A stretch of 63,892 nt of DNA, filler included, from Thermodesulfobacteriota bacterium (GCA_036381125.1; 6 parts of 6 records of this genome joined end to end with filler, not necessarily neighbours in it); one strand, 5' to 3'. Numbered from the whole stretch's first letter, positions 25,351 through 38,817 are shown. Notes: generated by a model from the letters alone, not told the origin. A program made the numbers and translations.

Positions 25351-26121
25351 TTGCCGCGGACGCTCAAGCTCACCGTCGAGTACCTGGGCGCCGGCTTCTC
25401 CGGCTGGCAGGCGCAGGCGTCCGGACGCCGCACCGTGCAGGGGGTCCTCGCCGAAGCGGTGGCGCGGGTAACCGGTGAGCGTGCCGTCGTCCACGGCGCG
25501 GGTCGCACGGACGCCGGCGTCCATGCCCTCGGCCAGGCGGCAAGCCTCGTCCTCGAGCGGAGCGCCATCGCGCCCGCGGCGCTGCGAGACGCCATGAACG
25601 CCGTCCTGCCGCCGGACGTGTCCGTCCGGGCGGTCGAGGAGGCGCCGGACGGCTTCCACGCCCGCAAGGACGCCGTCGCCAAGCGCTATCGCTACCTGAT
25701 CCTCGTCTCGCCGGCCCGGTCCGCGCTCTGGGAGGGGCGGGCCTGGCACCGTCGGGGCCCCCTGGACGTCGATGCGATGCGGCGGGCCGCGTCGGCCCTC
25801 GTCGGGACCCACGACTTCTCGGCCTTCCGCGCGTCGGCCAGCGAGGCGCCGACCGCCGTTCGGACGATCTCGCGCCTCGCGATCGAGGCCGACCCCGCGG
25901 CCGAGGGGCTGCTGCGCATCGAGGTCGAAGGCGACGGCTTCCTCATGCACATGGTGCGGATCATCGTCGGGACGCTCGTGGAGGTCGGGCGGGGGAAGCT
26001 GCCGGCCGGGCGGGTGTCGGAGATCCTGGCCGGGCGGGATCGCCGGGCGGCGGGGCCGACGGCGCCGGCGCACGGGCTGTACCTCGTCGACGTGCGGTAT
26101 GGGGGGCCGCCGTTGCGCTGA
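25351..26121 (+). CDS. truA: tRNA pseudouridine synthase A
   Basis: FSGWQ, GRTDAGVHA, HDFSAF, FLMHMVR, APAHGL. Confidence 0.97.
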   Translation: MPRTLKLTVEYLGAGFSGWQAQASGRRTVQGVLAEAVARVTGERAVVHGAGRTDAGVHALGQAASLVLERSAIAPAALRDAMNAVLPPDVSVRAVEEAPDGFHARKDAVAKRYRYLILVSPARSALWEGRAWHRRGPLDVDAMRRAASALVGTHDFSAFRASASEAPTAVRTISRLAIEADPAAEGLLRIEVEGDGFLMHMVRIIVGTLVEVGRGKLPAGRVSEILAGRDRRAAGPTAPAHGLYLVDVRYGGPPLR

Positions 26122-26148
26122 GGGGCCGCGCGCGGCACGACACCTCAC

Positions 26149-26163
26149 CGGCACACGCGTTGC
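26149..26163 (+). promoter_or_regulatory. Candidate sigma-54 promoter
   Basis: CGGCACACGCGTTGC matches GGCAC-N5-TTGC. Confidence 0.6.
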
Positions 26164-26178
26164 CTGCCACGCGGGGTC

Positions 26179-26841
26179 ATGGCCGCGAACACCGATCCCC
26201 GCCCTCGGCAACCCTGGCCCATCCGGCTCACGCACTGGCTGGTCGTCCCGTTGCTCGCCGTCATGGCGGGCAGCGGCTTGCAGGTCCTCGTCGCCTATCC
26301 CGACCTCGGGCCGCGCGGCGAGCCGTACGCGTGGTACCCGTTCCCCGGGACGGCGCCGCCCGGGTGGGCGCGCATCGGCCAGTGGCTCGCCGGCGGCCGC
26401 CACTGGCACTTCGCCTTCGCGTGGTTCCTGATCCTGAACGGCGTGTTCTACGTCGGCTACCTCGCCGGCAGCGGCGAGTGGCGCCGGCGCCTCTTCCGGC
26501 CGCGCCGCGACGCGCGCAACGCGGCCGCGACGCTCGCGTACTACCTGCGCCTCCGCAAGGCACCGCCCGATCAGGGGCTCTACAACGGCTTGCAGCGACT
26601 CGCCTACACGGGCGCGCTCGCGCTCGGCGGGCTCGAGGTCCTCACGGGGCTCGCGATCTACAAGCCGGTACAGCTCGGCTGGCTGGCGGCCCTCTTCGGC
26701 GGCTACGACGCCGCCCGGGCGATCCACCTGATCGGGCTCGCCCTCCTCGTCCTCTTCGTCATCGGGCACGTGCTGATGGTGCTGCTCCACCCGCGGACGC
26801 TCGCCGACATGGTGACCGGAGGCCGGCGTGACCGGGCGTAG
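26179..26841 (+). CDS. Cytochrome b/b6 domain membrane protein (Ni/Fe-hydrogenase-type)
   Basis: RLTHW, WHFAFAW, YNGLQRLAY, IH...GH heme histidines; four hydrophobic helices. Confidence 0.88.
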   Translation: MAANTDPRPRQPWPIRLTHWLVVPLLAVMAGSGLQVLVAYPDLGPRGEPYAWYPFPGTAPPGWARIGQWLAGGRHWHFAFAWFLILNGVFYVGYLAGSGEWRRRLFRPRRDARNAAATLAYYLRLRKAPPDQGLYNGLQRLAYTGALALGGLEVLTGLAIYKPVQLGWLAALFGGYDAARAIHLIGLALLVLFVIGHVLMVLLHPRTLADMVTGGRRDRA

Positions 26842-27523
26842 CGGGCTCAGCCGCCGGGCGTGGCTCGCCGCCGTGGCGGCCGCCGCGGCCGGCTGCGACA
26901 GCCAGCGACCGCGCACCGGGTTCCTCGGGGTCATGGAGCGGTGGAACGAGCGGGTGCAGACCTGGATGTTCGACCCCGGGCGGCTGGCGCCCGATCCGGG
27001 GCCGGGCGCGGTATCGCCGCCGGGTGCGTTCCCGGTGTACTACATCTCGCGGCACCTTCCCGTCGCGCCGGCCGGCTGGGCGCTCTCGGTCGGCGGGCTC
27101 GTCGCGCGGCCGGCGGTCCTGTCGCTCGAGGCGCTCATGCGGATGCCCCGCACCGACGTCCGGGTGCGGCACCACTGCGTCGAGGGGTGGTCGGCCGTGG
27201 CGACGTGGCACGGGGTCCGGCTGCGAGACCTCGCCGAGGCCGTCGGCGCCGACCCCCGCGCGGAGTACGTCGAGTTCCGCTCGTTCGACTCCGGGTACTA
27301 CTCGTCGTGGGACCGGGCGAGCGCCCTCCACGCGCAGTCCATCATCGCGTACGGGATGAACGGCGAGCCGCTCACGCCGGAGCACGGCGCGCCGGTCCGC
27401 TTCTACGCCGCGGTGAAGCTCGGCTACAAGATGGTCAAGTACCTCACGGCGGTGAACTTCCTGCCGGTGCGCACCGGCGGGACGTGGGAGGACCAGGGGT
27501 ACGAGTGGTTCGCCGGCGTCTGA
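26828..27523 (+). CDS. Molybdopterin-dependent oxidoreductase (sulfite oxidase/MsrP-like), Tat lipoprotein
   Basis: SRRAWL, lipobox AAGC, HHCVEGWS, HGAPVR, LGYKMVK. Confidence 0.88.
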   Translation: MTGRSGLSRRAWLAAVAAAAAGCDSQRPRTGFLGVMERWNERVQTWMFDPGRLAPDPGPGAVSPPGAFPVYYISRHLPVAPAGWALSVGGLVARPAVLSLEALMRMPRTDVRVRHHCVEGWSAVATWHGVRLRDLAEAVGADPRAEYVEFRSFDSGYYSSWDRASALHAQSIIAYGMNGEPLTPEHGAPVRFYAAVKLGYKMVKYLTAVNFLPVRTGGTWEDQGYEWFAGV

Positions 27524-27534
27524 GCGCCCGCCCG

Positions 27535-27573
27535 CGATCACCCCGATCTCGCCGATCACCCCGATCTCGCCGA
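27535..27573 (+). repeat. 18-bp tandem repeat x2
   Basis: CGATCACCCCGATCTCGC repeated exactly. Confidence 0.85.
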
Positions 27574-27736
27574 CTGTGGCGGCGTTCCAGCCCTCGGGCG
27601 GAGCCCCCACGGCCCGGGCGCATGGGCGGGCCGCGACGCCCGCCCGGATGGGGAAGCGGGTGACCGCCTCGGCCGCAGGGGGCATGCCCCCGGCCGGCGT
27701 GCCGGCGGCCCGAGGGACCGGACCCGATCGCCGCCC

Positions 27737-27765
27737 TTGACAAAGGGCGTGCAGGCAAGCAAAAT
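27737..27765 (+). promoter_or_regulatory. Sigma-70 promoter of rplM-rpsI
   Basis: TTGACA-N17-CAAAAT. Confidence 0.75.
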
Positions 27766-27812
27766 TCCTTGGTTGCCCAACCGGGTTCCAGCGCGTACCC
27801 CTAGAGAGAGCC

Positions 27813-28280
27813 ATGAAGACCTTCACGCCGAAGAGCCGGGGCCTCAGGCCGGTCGGCCGTCAGTGGCGCGTCATCGACGCGGAGAAGCAGGTGCTCGGGC
27901 GACTGGCGAGCCAGGTGGCCACGATCCTCCGCGGCAAGGACAAGCCGACCTTCACCCCCCACGCCGACACGGGCGACTACGTCATCGTGGTCAACGCGGC
28001 GAAGGTCCGGCTGACGGGCCGCAAGCTCGACGACAAGATCTACTATCGCCACACCATGTACCCGGGGGGCCTCAAGGCCACCACCGCGGCCGACATGCTG
28101 GCGAAGCACCCCGAGCGCGTCATCCAGCTCGCGGTCCGGGGGATGCTGCCGAAGACCAAGATGGGCCGCCACCTGATGACCAAGCTCAAGGTGTACGCCG
28201 GCCCCGACCACCCGCACGCGGCGCAGCAGCCGGCCAGGACCGTCCTCACCGGGCGGAAGGCCGCGGCCGCCACGGCGTAA
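27813..28280 (+). CDS. rplM: 50S ribosomal protein L13
   Basis: [34 protein letters not shown]. Confidence 0.98.
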   Translation: MKTFTPKSRGLRPVGRQWRVIDAEKQVLGRLASQVATILRGKDKPTFTPHADTGDYVIVVNAAKVRLTGRKLDDKIYYRHTMYPGGLKATTAADMLAKHPERVIQLAVRGMLPKTKMGRHLMTKLKVYAGPDHPHAAQQPARTVLTGRKAAAATA

Positions 28281-28301
28281 GAGAGGGAGCAAGGTTCCGA
28301 G

Positions 28302-28703
28302 ATGGCGACCGCCATGCGGCAGTTCCACGCGATCGGCAAGCGGAAGACGTCGGTCGCGCGCATCTGGATGCGACCCGGAGAGGGCCGGGTCATCGTCAAC
28401 GGGCGACCGGTCGACGAGTACTTCCCGCGGGAGGCGTGGCGGGTGGCCGTGCAGACGCCGCTCGTCGTGACCGAGACGCGGGGGCAGTTCGACATCCTGG
28501 TCAACGTCCGGGGCGGCGGCCTCACGGGACAGTCGGAGGCCACGCGGCACGGCATCGCCCGCGCGCTCCTCGAGGTGCAGTCGGAGCGCTTCCGCGACCC
28601 GCTCAAGAAGGCGGGCCTGCTCACGCGCGACGCGCGCGAGAAGGAGCGCAAGAAGTACGGGCAGCGCGGCGCTCGCGCCCGCTTCCAGTTCTCGAAGCGC
28701 TAG
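28302..28703 (+). CDS. rpsI: 30S ribosomal protein S9
   Basis: [22 protein letters not shown]...QFSKR. Confidence 0.98.
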   Translation: MATAMRQFHAIGKRKTSVARIWMRPGEGRVIVNGRPVDEYFPREAWRVAVQTPLVVTETRGQFDILVNVRGGGLTGQSEATRHGIARALLEVQSERFRDPLKKAGLLTRDAREKERKKYGQRGARARFQFSKR

Positions 28704-28742
28704 TCCCCGGGCACGCACCTACCCGGCCACACGCCGGACCGC

Positions 28743-28777
28743 GAGGGGGGAGAGGCCCGGGGGGCCTCTCCCCCCTC
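28743..28777. terminator. GC-rich inverted repeat after rpsI
   Basis: GAGGGGGGAGAGGCCC / GGGCCTCTCCCCCCTC perfect 16-bp stem; no U-tract. Confidence 0.55.
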
Positions 28778-28809
28778 GGCGTTCGTGGCGACCGCCACGG
28801 CGCGGCGAA

Positions 28810-28953
28810 TGGCTCGGGGGTGCGTGAGCCCCCCGCGGCTGGTGTGGCGGCCGCCGCGGTGGCGAGCCGGCCGGCTTTGCCGGGCGGCGAGCGAGGGGGT
28901 CTCGGGGGGCCGGCACGGCGGGGCGAGTGGCTCGGGGGTGCGTGAGCCCCCCG
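28810..28953 (+). repeat. Two 26-bp direct repeats, each weakly palindromic
   Basis: TGGCTCGGGGGTGCGTGAGCCCCCCG at 28810-28835 and 28928-28953. Confidence 0.85.
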
Positions 28954-28970
28954 AGTCCGATGGAGGGACC

Positions 28971-30023
28971 ATGAGCAAGCGGCGACCGGTAGCGATCGCA
29001 GGGGCCAGCGGGTACACGGGACTCGAGCTGCTTCGCATGCTCACCCGTCACCCGTCGCTCGAGGTCGTGCGCGCGACCGGCGAGCGCGCCGCCGGCGAGT
29101 CGGTGTCGGCGCATCACCCCTCGCTCGGCCGCGCCTACGACGGCCTCGTCTTCGAGCCGCTCGACCCGGTGACCGTCGGCGCGGGGGTCGACGCGGTCTT
29201 CCTCGCCCTCCCGCACAAGGCGACGATGTCGGTCGTGCCCGACGTGCTCCGCTCGGGCGCGCGCGTGATCGACCTCTCGGCCGACTTCCGGCTCCACGAC
29301 GCCGCGCTGTACGACACCTGGTACCGGACGCCGCACGCGGCGCCCGAGTACCTCGCGAAGGCGGTGTACGGGCTGCCCGAGCTGCACCGCGAGGCCATCC
29401 GCACGGCGCAGCTCGTGGCGGTGCCCGGCTGCTATCCGACCGCGTGCATCCTCGCCGCGGCGCCGCTCCTCGCGGCGGGGATCATCGACCCCGCCAGCAT
29501 CGTCGCGGACGCGAAGAGCGGGATCTCGGGCGCGGGGCGCAAGGTGGAGCTGCCGTACCTCTACACGGAGGCGGCCGAAGGGGTCTCGCCCTACAACGTC
29601 GGCGTGCATCGCCACACGCCGGAGATCGAGCAGGAGCTGTCGGAGGTGGCGGGGAGGCCGGTGCGGGTCTCCTTCGCGCCGCACCTGGTCCCCATGAGCC
29701 GCGGCATCCTCACCACGGTCTACGCGTCGCTCGCGAGGCCGATGTCGCGCGACGACGTCGCGCCGGCGTTCGAGCGGTTCTACGCCGGCTCGCCGTCGGT
29801 CCGCCTCCTGCCGGCCGGCCGGTGGCCCGCCACGCAGCACGTGCGCGGCAGCAACCGCTGCGACGTCGGCTTCACCGTCGACCCGCGCGTGGGGCGCGTC
29901 GTCGTGGCGTCGGCGATCGACAACCTCGTGAAGGGGGCGTCGGGCCAGGCCATCCAGTGCGCGAACCTGGCGCTGGGGCTTCCGGAGGATGCAGGCCTGG
30001 ATGCGACGGCGGTGTTCCCGTAG
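28971..30023 (+). CDS. argC: N-acetyl-gamma-glutamyl-phosphate reductase
   Basis: GASGYTG, DLSADFR, PGCYPT, HRHTPE, DNLVKGASGQA. Confidence 0.97.
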   Translation: MSKRRPVAIAGASGYTGLELLRMLTRHPSLEVVRATGERAAGESVSAHHPSLGRAYDGLVFEPLDPVTVGAGVDAVFLALPHKATMSVVPDVLRSGARVIDLSADFRLHDAALYDTWYRTPHAAPEYLAKAVYGLPELHREAIRTAQLVAVPGCYPTACILAAAPLLAAGIIDPASIVADAKSGISGAGRKVELPYLYTEAAEGVSPYNVGVHRHTPEIEQELSEVAGRPVRVSFAPHLVPMSRGILTTVYASLARPMSRDDVAPAFERFYAGSPSVRLLPAGRWPATQHVRGSNRCDVGFTVDPRVGRVVVASAIDNLVKGASGQAIQCANLALGLPEDAGLDATAVFP

Positions 30024-30066
30024 GAGACGATGCGGCGACCATCGATGACCGGGCCGCGCGGATCGC

Positions 30067-33382
<3,316 letters not shown>

Positions 33383-33386
<4 letters not shown>

Positions 33387-34399
33387 GCCCGCGCGTGGTC
33401 CAGTCGCCGCGCGTCGCCTCTCCGGCTCGGGCCGCCGCGGCGCGCGCCCTCGAGATCGAGGCGGCGGCCGTCAACGACCTCGTGAGCCGCCTCGACGAGC
33501 GGTTCGACCGGGCGGTCTCGCTCGTCCTCGGCTGCCAGGGCAAGGTCGTCGTCACCGGCATGGGCAAGAGCGGACTCGTCGGGCAGAAGATCGCCTCGAC
33601 GCTCGCCTCCACCGGGACCCCGGCCTTCTTCCTCCACCCGGCCGAGGGGATCCACGGCGATCTCGGGATGCTCCACAGGCAGGACCTCGTCATGGCCATC
33701 TCGTACAGCGGCGAGACCGAGGAGGTCGTCCGGCTGCTGCCGGTCCTCAGGCGCATGGGGATGCCGCTCGTCGCCATGACCGGCCGCCCGGCGTCGACCC
33801 TCGGCCGCGCCGCCGACGTGGTACTCGACTGCGCGGTGCGCCAGGAGGCCTGCCCCCTGAACCTCGCGCCGACCGCCAGCACGACGGCCACGCTGGCCCT
33901 CGGCGACGCCCTGGCCGTCGCCCTCGTCGAGCGGCGCGGCTTCAAGGCGGAGGACTTCGCGCTGCTTCACCCGGGAGGGGCGCTCGGACGCCGGCTCCTG
34001 CTCACCGTCGCCGACGTCATGCACACCGGCGACGAGATGCCGAGGGTGCGCACGGGGACGCTCATGCGGGACGTGCTGTTCGAGATCTCGGAGAAGCGCC
34101 TCGGGATCACGGGCGTGGTCGACGAGGCCGGACGCCTGGTCGGCGTGATCTCCGACGGCGACCTGAGGCGCGGGCTCCTGGCCCACGGAGACGGCTTCCT
34201 CCAGCGCCGCGCGGAGGAGGTGATGACCCGCGGAGCCAGGCGGATCGAGAAGGACGCCCTCGCGGCGCGGGCGCTCTACCTGATGGAGGAGAACAAGCCG
34301 AGGCCGATCACGAGCCTCTTCGTGTTCGACGCGCCCGAGTCCCAGGTGCCGATCGGTATCGTCCACATCCACGACCTCCTGAAGGCCGGTGTCGTCTAG
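33383..34399 (+). CDS. kdsD: Arabinose 5-phosphate isomerase (SIS + CBS)
   Basis: GMGKSG, HGDLG, APTAST, HPGGALG, CBS pair. Confidence 0.95.
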
Positions 34400-34964
34400 C
34401 GCGGTCCCGGAGCCGCTGCCGCCCGGGTTCGTCGAGCGGGCGAGGCGGGTGAGGCTGCTCCTGCTCGACGTGGACGGCGTGCTCACCGACGGCGGCCTGA
34501 CGATCCACGGCGACGGCTCCGAGAGCAAGACGTTCCACGTCCGCGACGGTCACGGCATCAAGCTGCTGCAGCGCGCGGGCATCGAGGTCGGCATCCTGTC
34601 GGGCCGCCGCTCGGCGCCGACCGCCCGCCGGGCCGCCGAGCTGGGGATCACCCTCGTGCGGCAGGGGGTGGAGGACAAGGTGGCCGCCCTCGAGGCGATC
34701 CTCGCGGCGCGCGGCCTCTCGCCGGACGAGGTGGCGTTCGTAGGAGACGACCTGGTCGACCTGCCGGTCCTTCGTCGCGTGGGGCTCCCGATGACCGTCG
34801 CCGATGCCGTTGACGAGTTGGCCCCGTTCGTGCAATACGTCACCCGCGCCGCCGGGGGGCGGGGCGCCGTCCGGGAGGCCGCGGAGGCGCTCCTGAAAGG
34901 GCAAGGGCGATGGGGGGATGCGCTCGCCCGATACCTCGGGGACCGGCCGAACCGGGAAGGCTGA
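34389..34964 (+). CDS. kdsC: KDO 8-phosphate phosphatase
   Basis: DVDGVLTDG, GDDLVD, GGRGAVRE. Confidence 0.95.
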   Translation: MSSSAVPEPLPPGFVERARRVRLLLLDVDGVLTDGGLTIHGDGSESKTFHVRDGHGIKLLQRAGIEVGILSGRRSAPTARRAAELGITLVRQGVEDKVAALEAILAARGLSPDEVAFVGDDLVDLPVLRRVGLPMTVADAVDELAPFVQYVTRAAGGRGAVREAAEALLKGQGRWGDALARYLGDRPNREG

Positions 34965-35007
34965 AAGGGAGGATTCCCTTTACTTTTCGAGAGGTTGTTG
35001 CTACTCT
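34964..35007 (+). promoter_or_regulatory. Short terminator-like hairpin overlapping a sigma-70 promoter for lptC
   Basis: AAAGGGA-GGAT-TCCCTTT; TTTACT-N17-TACTCT with TG extension. Confidence 0.55.
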
Positions 35008-35085
35008 CCCGATCTCGCACGACGGGCGGGGGGCCCGAATCCACCCCGGCACGGGCCGGGCAGGTCCTCGAGGCGGGGCGGACCG

Positions 35086-35679
35086 GTGAGACGGCTCAGG
35101 ATCGCGTTCGGCGTCAGTTTGATCGGGGTCCTGCTCCTCATCGGGGGGCTCGCGGTACAGGGGTACCGCCGGGCGGGTAGCCCGCCGCCAGCGGTCGAGC
35201 CCACCCCGGGCCCCCAGGCGTCGCTGACGCTGAACAACTTCCACGTCACCGAGACGTCCGGCGGCACGACCCGGTGGGACCTCAGCGCGGCACAGGGGCA
35301 GTATTTCGAGGACCGGCAGGTGACGGTCCTGAGCGACGTGGAGGTGGTCTTCTTCACGTCCGACGGCAGGACGCTGACGCTGCGGGGCGACTCGGGGTCG
35401 CTGCGGACCGACACGAAGGACATCTCGCTGTCGGGCAACGTGGTGGCGACCTCGAGCGACGGGTACCGCGTGACGACCGGGGCGCTGGACTACACGAACC
35501 GCGACCGCATCGTGAGGGGGGACGGGCCGGTGGATCTGGTGGGCCAGACAGTCGAGGTGTCGGGCGTCGGCGTTCGCATCGACGTCGAGGACCAGACGGT
35601 CGTCATCCCCGACGCCGTCGAGAGCGTGTTGAAGACGGTCGCGGCCACCGCGGCCGGCCGACTCGGCGGGGCGCGGTAG
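35086..35679 (+). CDS. lptC: LPS export protein LptC
   Basis: N-terminal TM, WDLSA, LSGNV beta-jellyroll; lies between kdsC and lptA. Confidence 0.88.
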   Translation: MRRLRIAFGVSLIGVLLLIGGLAVQGYRRAGSPPPAVEPTPGPQASLTLNNFHVTETSGGTTRWDLSAAQGQYFEDRQVTVLSDVEVVFFTSDGRTLTLRGDSGSLRTDTKDISLSGNVVATSSDGYRVTTGALDYTNRDRIVRGDGPVDLVGQTVEVSGVGVRIDVEDQTVVIPDAVESVLKTVAATAAGRLGGAR

Positions 35680-35680
35680 C

Positions 35681-36388
35681 GTGCCGGTCCGCGGCCTCTG
35701 GGGACCGCGCGCGGCGGCGCTGGTCCTCGCGGCTGCCTGCCTCTGCTCGACGGCGGCGGCGGGCACCGCGCCGCGGGGCGACGACGGGGGCATGAGGGGC
35801 CTCTTCCTCGGGGGCGGCAGCGAGCGGGGGCCGATCACGATCGACGCTCGCCGGTTCGAGGTGGACAACAAGCGCCGGACGGCCACCTACATCGAGCAGG
35901 TCGTCGCACGGCAGGACGACACCACGCTCACCGCCGATCGGCTCGTGGTCGCCTTCGACGAGAGCCGGCGGATCTCGCAGGTGACGGCCGAGGGGGGCGT
36001 CAGGATCGTGCAGAAGGTGGCCGAGGCGCCCGGGGCCCCGCCGGCCGAGCGCGAGGCGACCTGTGCGAAGGCGGTCTTCGCGGTGACGCTGGACCGCATC
36101 GTCTGCACCGGCGCGCCCGCCTCGATGCGGCAGGGCGACGACGTGATCCGGGGGTCCCGGATCACCGTGTGGGTGGCCGACGAGCGGATCGTCGTGGAGG
36201 GCGACAGCGCGTCCCCACGCGTCACCTCGCGGATCACGCCGAGACCCGAGGCGACCGCCGGGGGCCGGGCGGGCGCCGCGGGGCAGCCGGGCACCGCGGG
36301 CCGGACGCGCGAGGCCGCAGGCCAGCCGGGCCCGCAGGGGCAGGCGGGCTCCACGAGCCAGGCCGGCAGCGCCCGGCCCACCAATTGA
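35681..36388 (+). CDS. lptA: LPS export protein LptA
   Basis: PITIDA, VVARQ, LTADRL OstA-like pattern; synteny. Confidence 0.85.
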   Translation: MPVRGLWGPRAAALVLAAACLCSTAAAGTAPRGDDGGMRGLFLGGGSERGPITIDARRFEVDNKRRTATYIEQVVARQDDTTLTADRLVVAFDESRRISQVTAEGGVRIVQKVAEAPGAPPAEREATCAKAVFAVTLDRIVCTGAPASMRQGDDVIRGSRITVWVADERIVVEGDSASPRVTSRITPRPEATAGGRAGAAGQPGTAGRTREAAGQPGPQGQAGSTSQAGSARPTN

Positions 36389-37122
36389 TGGCGCCGGGCG
36401 TCGCGGTACTGTCGGCGCGGGGGCTGACGAAGGCCTACCGCAACCGGACGGTCGTCGACCGGGTGAACCTCCAGGTGCGGGCCGGCGAGGTCGTCGGCCT
36501 CCTGGGGCCGAACGGCGCGGGCAAGACGACGACCTTCTACATGGTCGTCGGGCTCACGCGGCCGGAGGCAGGGCGGGTGTTCCTCGACGACGAGGACATC
36601 ACCGAGGTCCCGATGTACGAGCGGGCGCGGAAGGGGATCAGCTACCTTCCGCAGGAGCCCTCGATCTTCCGGAAGCTGACGGTGGAGGAGAACATCCTGG
36701 CCATCCTCGAGACGATCCCCATGGACCGCGCCGAGCGGCGCGCGCGCCTCGAAGCGCTTCTGGGCGACCTCAGGATCGGCCACATCGCGAGGTCTCGTGG
36801 GTACGCGCTGTCCGGCGGGGAGCGCCGGCGCGTCGAGATCACCCGAGCGCTGGTCCGCTCCCCGTCGTTCATCCTGCTCGACGAGCCGTTCGCGGGGATC
36901 GACCCGATCGCGGTGATCGACATCCAGAACATCATCTTCCAGTTGAAGGAGAAGGGGATCGGCGTCGTCATCTCGGATCACAACGTGCGCGAGACCCTCG
37001 GGGTCTGCGACCGGGCGTACATCGTGAACGCCGGCCAGATCCTCGAGGAGGGACCGCCGACGGCCATCGCGAACAGCGCCCGGGCACGCGCCATCTACCT
37101 CGGCGAGAAGTTCCGGCTCTGA
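36388..37122 (+). CDS. lptB: LPS export ATPase LptB
   Basis: [35 protein letters not shown]. Confidence 0.97.
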   Translation: MAPGVAVLSARGLTKAYRNRTVVDRVNLQVRAGEVVGLLGPNGAGKTTTFYMVVGLTRPEAGRVFLDDEDITEVPMYERARKGISYLPQEPSIFRKLTVEENILAILETIPMDRAERRARLEALLGDLRIGHIARSRGYALSGGERRRVEITRALVRSPSFILLDEPFAGIDPIAVIDIQNIIFQLKEKGIGVVISDHNVRETLGVCDRAYIVNAGQILEEGPPTAIANSARARAIYLGEKFRL

Positions 37123-37151
37123 TCCGCGGACGGGCGGCGTAAGGTCGACGA

Positions 37152-38582
37152 ATGGCACTCGAGATCAAGCAGAACCTCAAGCTCTCGCAGCAACTGATCA
37201 TGACCCCGCAGTTGCAGCAGGCGATCAAGCTGCTGCAGCTCTCGCGGCTCGAGCTGGTGGACCTGGTCCAGCAGGAGCTGACCGAGAACCCGGTGCTCGA
37301 GGAGGCGCCGGAGGACTACCAGAGCGAGGAGTCGAAGACCGAGAGCCCCGAGGAGAACCTGGAGCAGCAGAACAGCGAGGACAAGCCCGAGCCCGAGATC
37401 GACTCGAAGAGCGACATCGACTGGGACAACTACCTCGAGAACTACAGCGCGTCGTCGTACACCGCCTCGTACGAGGACGAGGAGCGCCCGTCGTTCGAGA
37501 GCACCCTCACCCGCAAGGCGTCGCTCACCGACCACCTCCTCTGGCAGCTCAAGCTCGCGCAGTTCCCGGCCGACGAGGAGGAGATCGGGTCGCTCATCAT
37601 CGGCAACCTCGACGACGACGGCTACCTGCAGGCCGACATCGCCGACATCGCGAAGCAGGAGGCGGTGCCGATCGAGAAGGCCGAGGCGGTCCTCAAGCGC
37701 ATCCAGGGCTTCGATCCGATCGGCGTCGCCGCGCGGAACCTCCAGGAGTGCCTGCTCATCCAGGCGTACCACCTGGGGCTCAAGGGGTCGCTCGCCGAGC
37801 AGATCCTCAAGCGGCACCTGTCGAACCTCGAGAACAAGAACTACAACGCCATCGCGAAGGACCTCGGCGTGAGCCTCCAGGAGGTCATCGACGCGGTGCG
37901 CGTCATCGCCCGCCTGGAGCCGAAGCCGGGCCGGCCCTTCGCCACCGAGGAGCCGCAGTACATCACGCCCGACATCTACGTCCACAAGGTCGGCGACGAC
38001 TACGTGGTCGTGCTCAACGAGGACGGGATGCCCAAGCTGCGCATCTCCTCCTTCTACAGGAACGCGCTCCACAACTCGGGCGACGGCGTCGCCAAGGAGT
38101 ACATCCAGGACAAGCTCCGCTCGGCCGTCTGGCTCATCCGCAGCATCCACCAGCGGCAGCGGACCATCTACAAGGTCACCAAGAGCATCATCAAGTTCCA
38201 GCGGGAGTTCTTCGACAAGGGCGTCGCGTACCTGAAGCCGCTCGTCCTGCGCGACGTGGCCGAGGACATCCAGATGCACGAGTCCACGATCAGCCGCGTC
38301 ACGTCGAACAAGTACGTCCATACGCCGCAGGGCGTCTTCGAGCTGAAGTTCTTCTTCAACTCGTCGATCAACCGGACGGACGGCGATCAGGTCGCCTCGC
38401 AGAGCGTGAAGGACAAGATCCGGCAGATCGTGGCCACCGAGAACCCGCGCAAGCCCTACAGCGACCAGAAGATCGTCGAGATCCTCAAGCAGGCCGACAT
38501 CGACATCGCCCGCCGAACGGTGACGAAGTACCGCGAGATGATGGGCATCCTCTCCTCGACGCAGCGCAAGAGGCTCTTCTAG
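37152..38582 (+). CDS. rpoN: RNA polymerase sigma-54 factor
   Basis: MTPQLQQAIKLLQL, HESTISR, RpoN box ARRTVTKYRE. Confidence 0.98.
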   Translation: MALEIKQNLKLSQQLIMTPQLQQAIKLLQLSRLELVDLVQQELTENPVLEEAPEDYQSEESKTESPEENLEQQNSEDKPEPEIDSKSDIDWDNYLENYSASSYTASYEDEERPSFESTLTRKASLTDHLLWQLKLAQFPADEEEIGSLIIGNLDDDGYLQADIADIAKQEAVPIEKAEAVLKRIQGFDPIGVAARNLQECLLIQAYHLGLKGSLAEQILKRHLSNLENKNYNAIAKDLGVSLQEVIDAVRVIARLEPKPGRPFATEEPQYITPDIYVHKVGDDYVVVLNEDGMPKLRISSFYRNALHNSGDGVAKEYIQDKLRSAVWLIRSIHQRQRTIYKVTKSIIKFQREFFDKGVAYLKPLVLRDVAEDIQMHESTISRVTSNKYVHTPQGVFELKFFFNSSINRTDGDQVASQSVKDKIRQIVATENPRKPYSDQKIVEILKQADIDIARRTVTKYREMMGILSSTQRKRLF

Positions 38583-38583
38583 A

Positions 38584-38817
38584 ATGCGCCGGGCCTCGAT
38601 CACCGGCAGGCGGCCGGCGGCCTCGGCGTAGGCGCGTGCGATGCCGATCGGCCATCGGGTGGAGGCGGCGGCGCCGGTCCGCCGCCTCGCGATCGCAGGG
38701 GCAGAGGAGACCGAGGACATGTACGCGGCCATCGACCTCGTCGTCGACAGGCTCGACCGACGGATCGACCAGACCCGGGAGCGGCGTCGCGAGCCGCGTC
38801 GGAGCGCCGGGGCGTGA
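38584..38817 (+). pseudogene. hpf: Degenerate ribosome hibernation factor (HPF/RaiA)
   Basis: EETEDMYAAIDLVVDRLDRRI in frame 38641-38817; upstream in-frame ATG at 38584 interrupted by TAG at 38629; canonical position between rpoN and ptsN. Confidence 0.78.

Noticed and set aside
38629-38631. In-frame TAG as pyrrolysine or programmed read-through
   Set aside because: No pyl genes in the window, TAG is a routine stop here, and the flanking sequence is degenerate.
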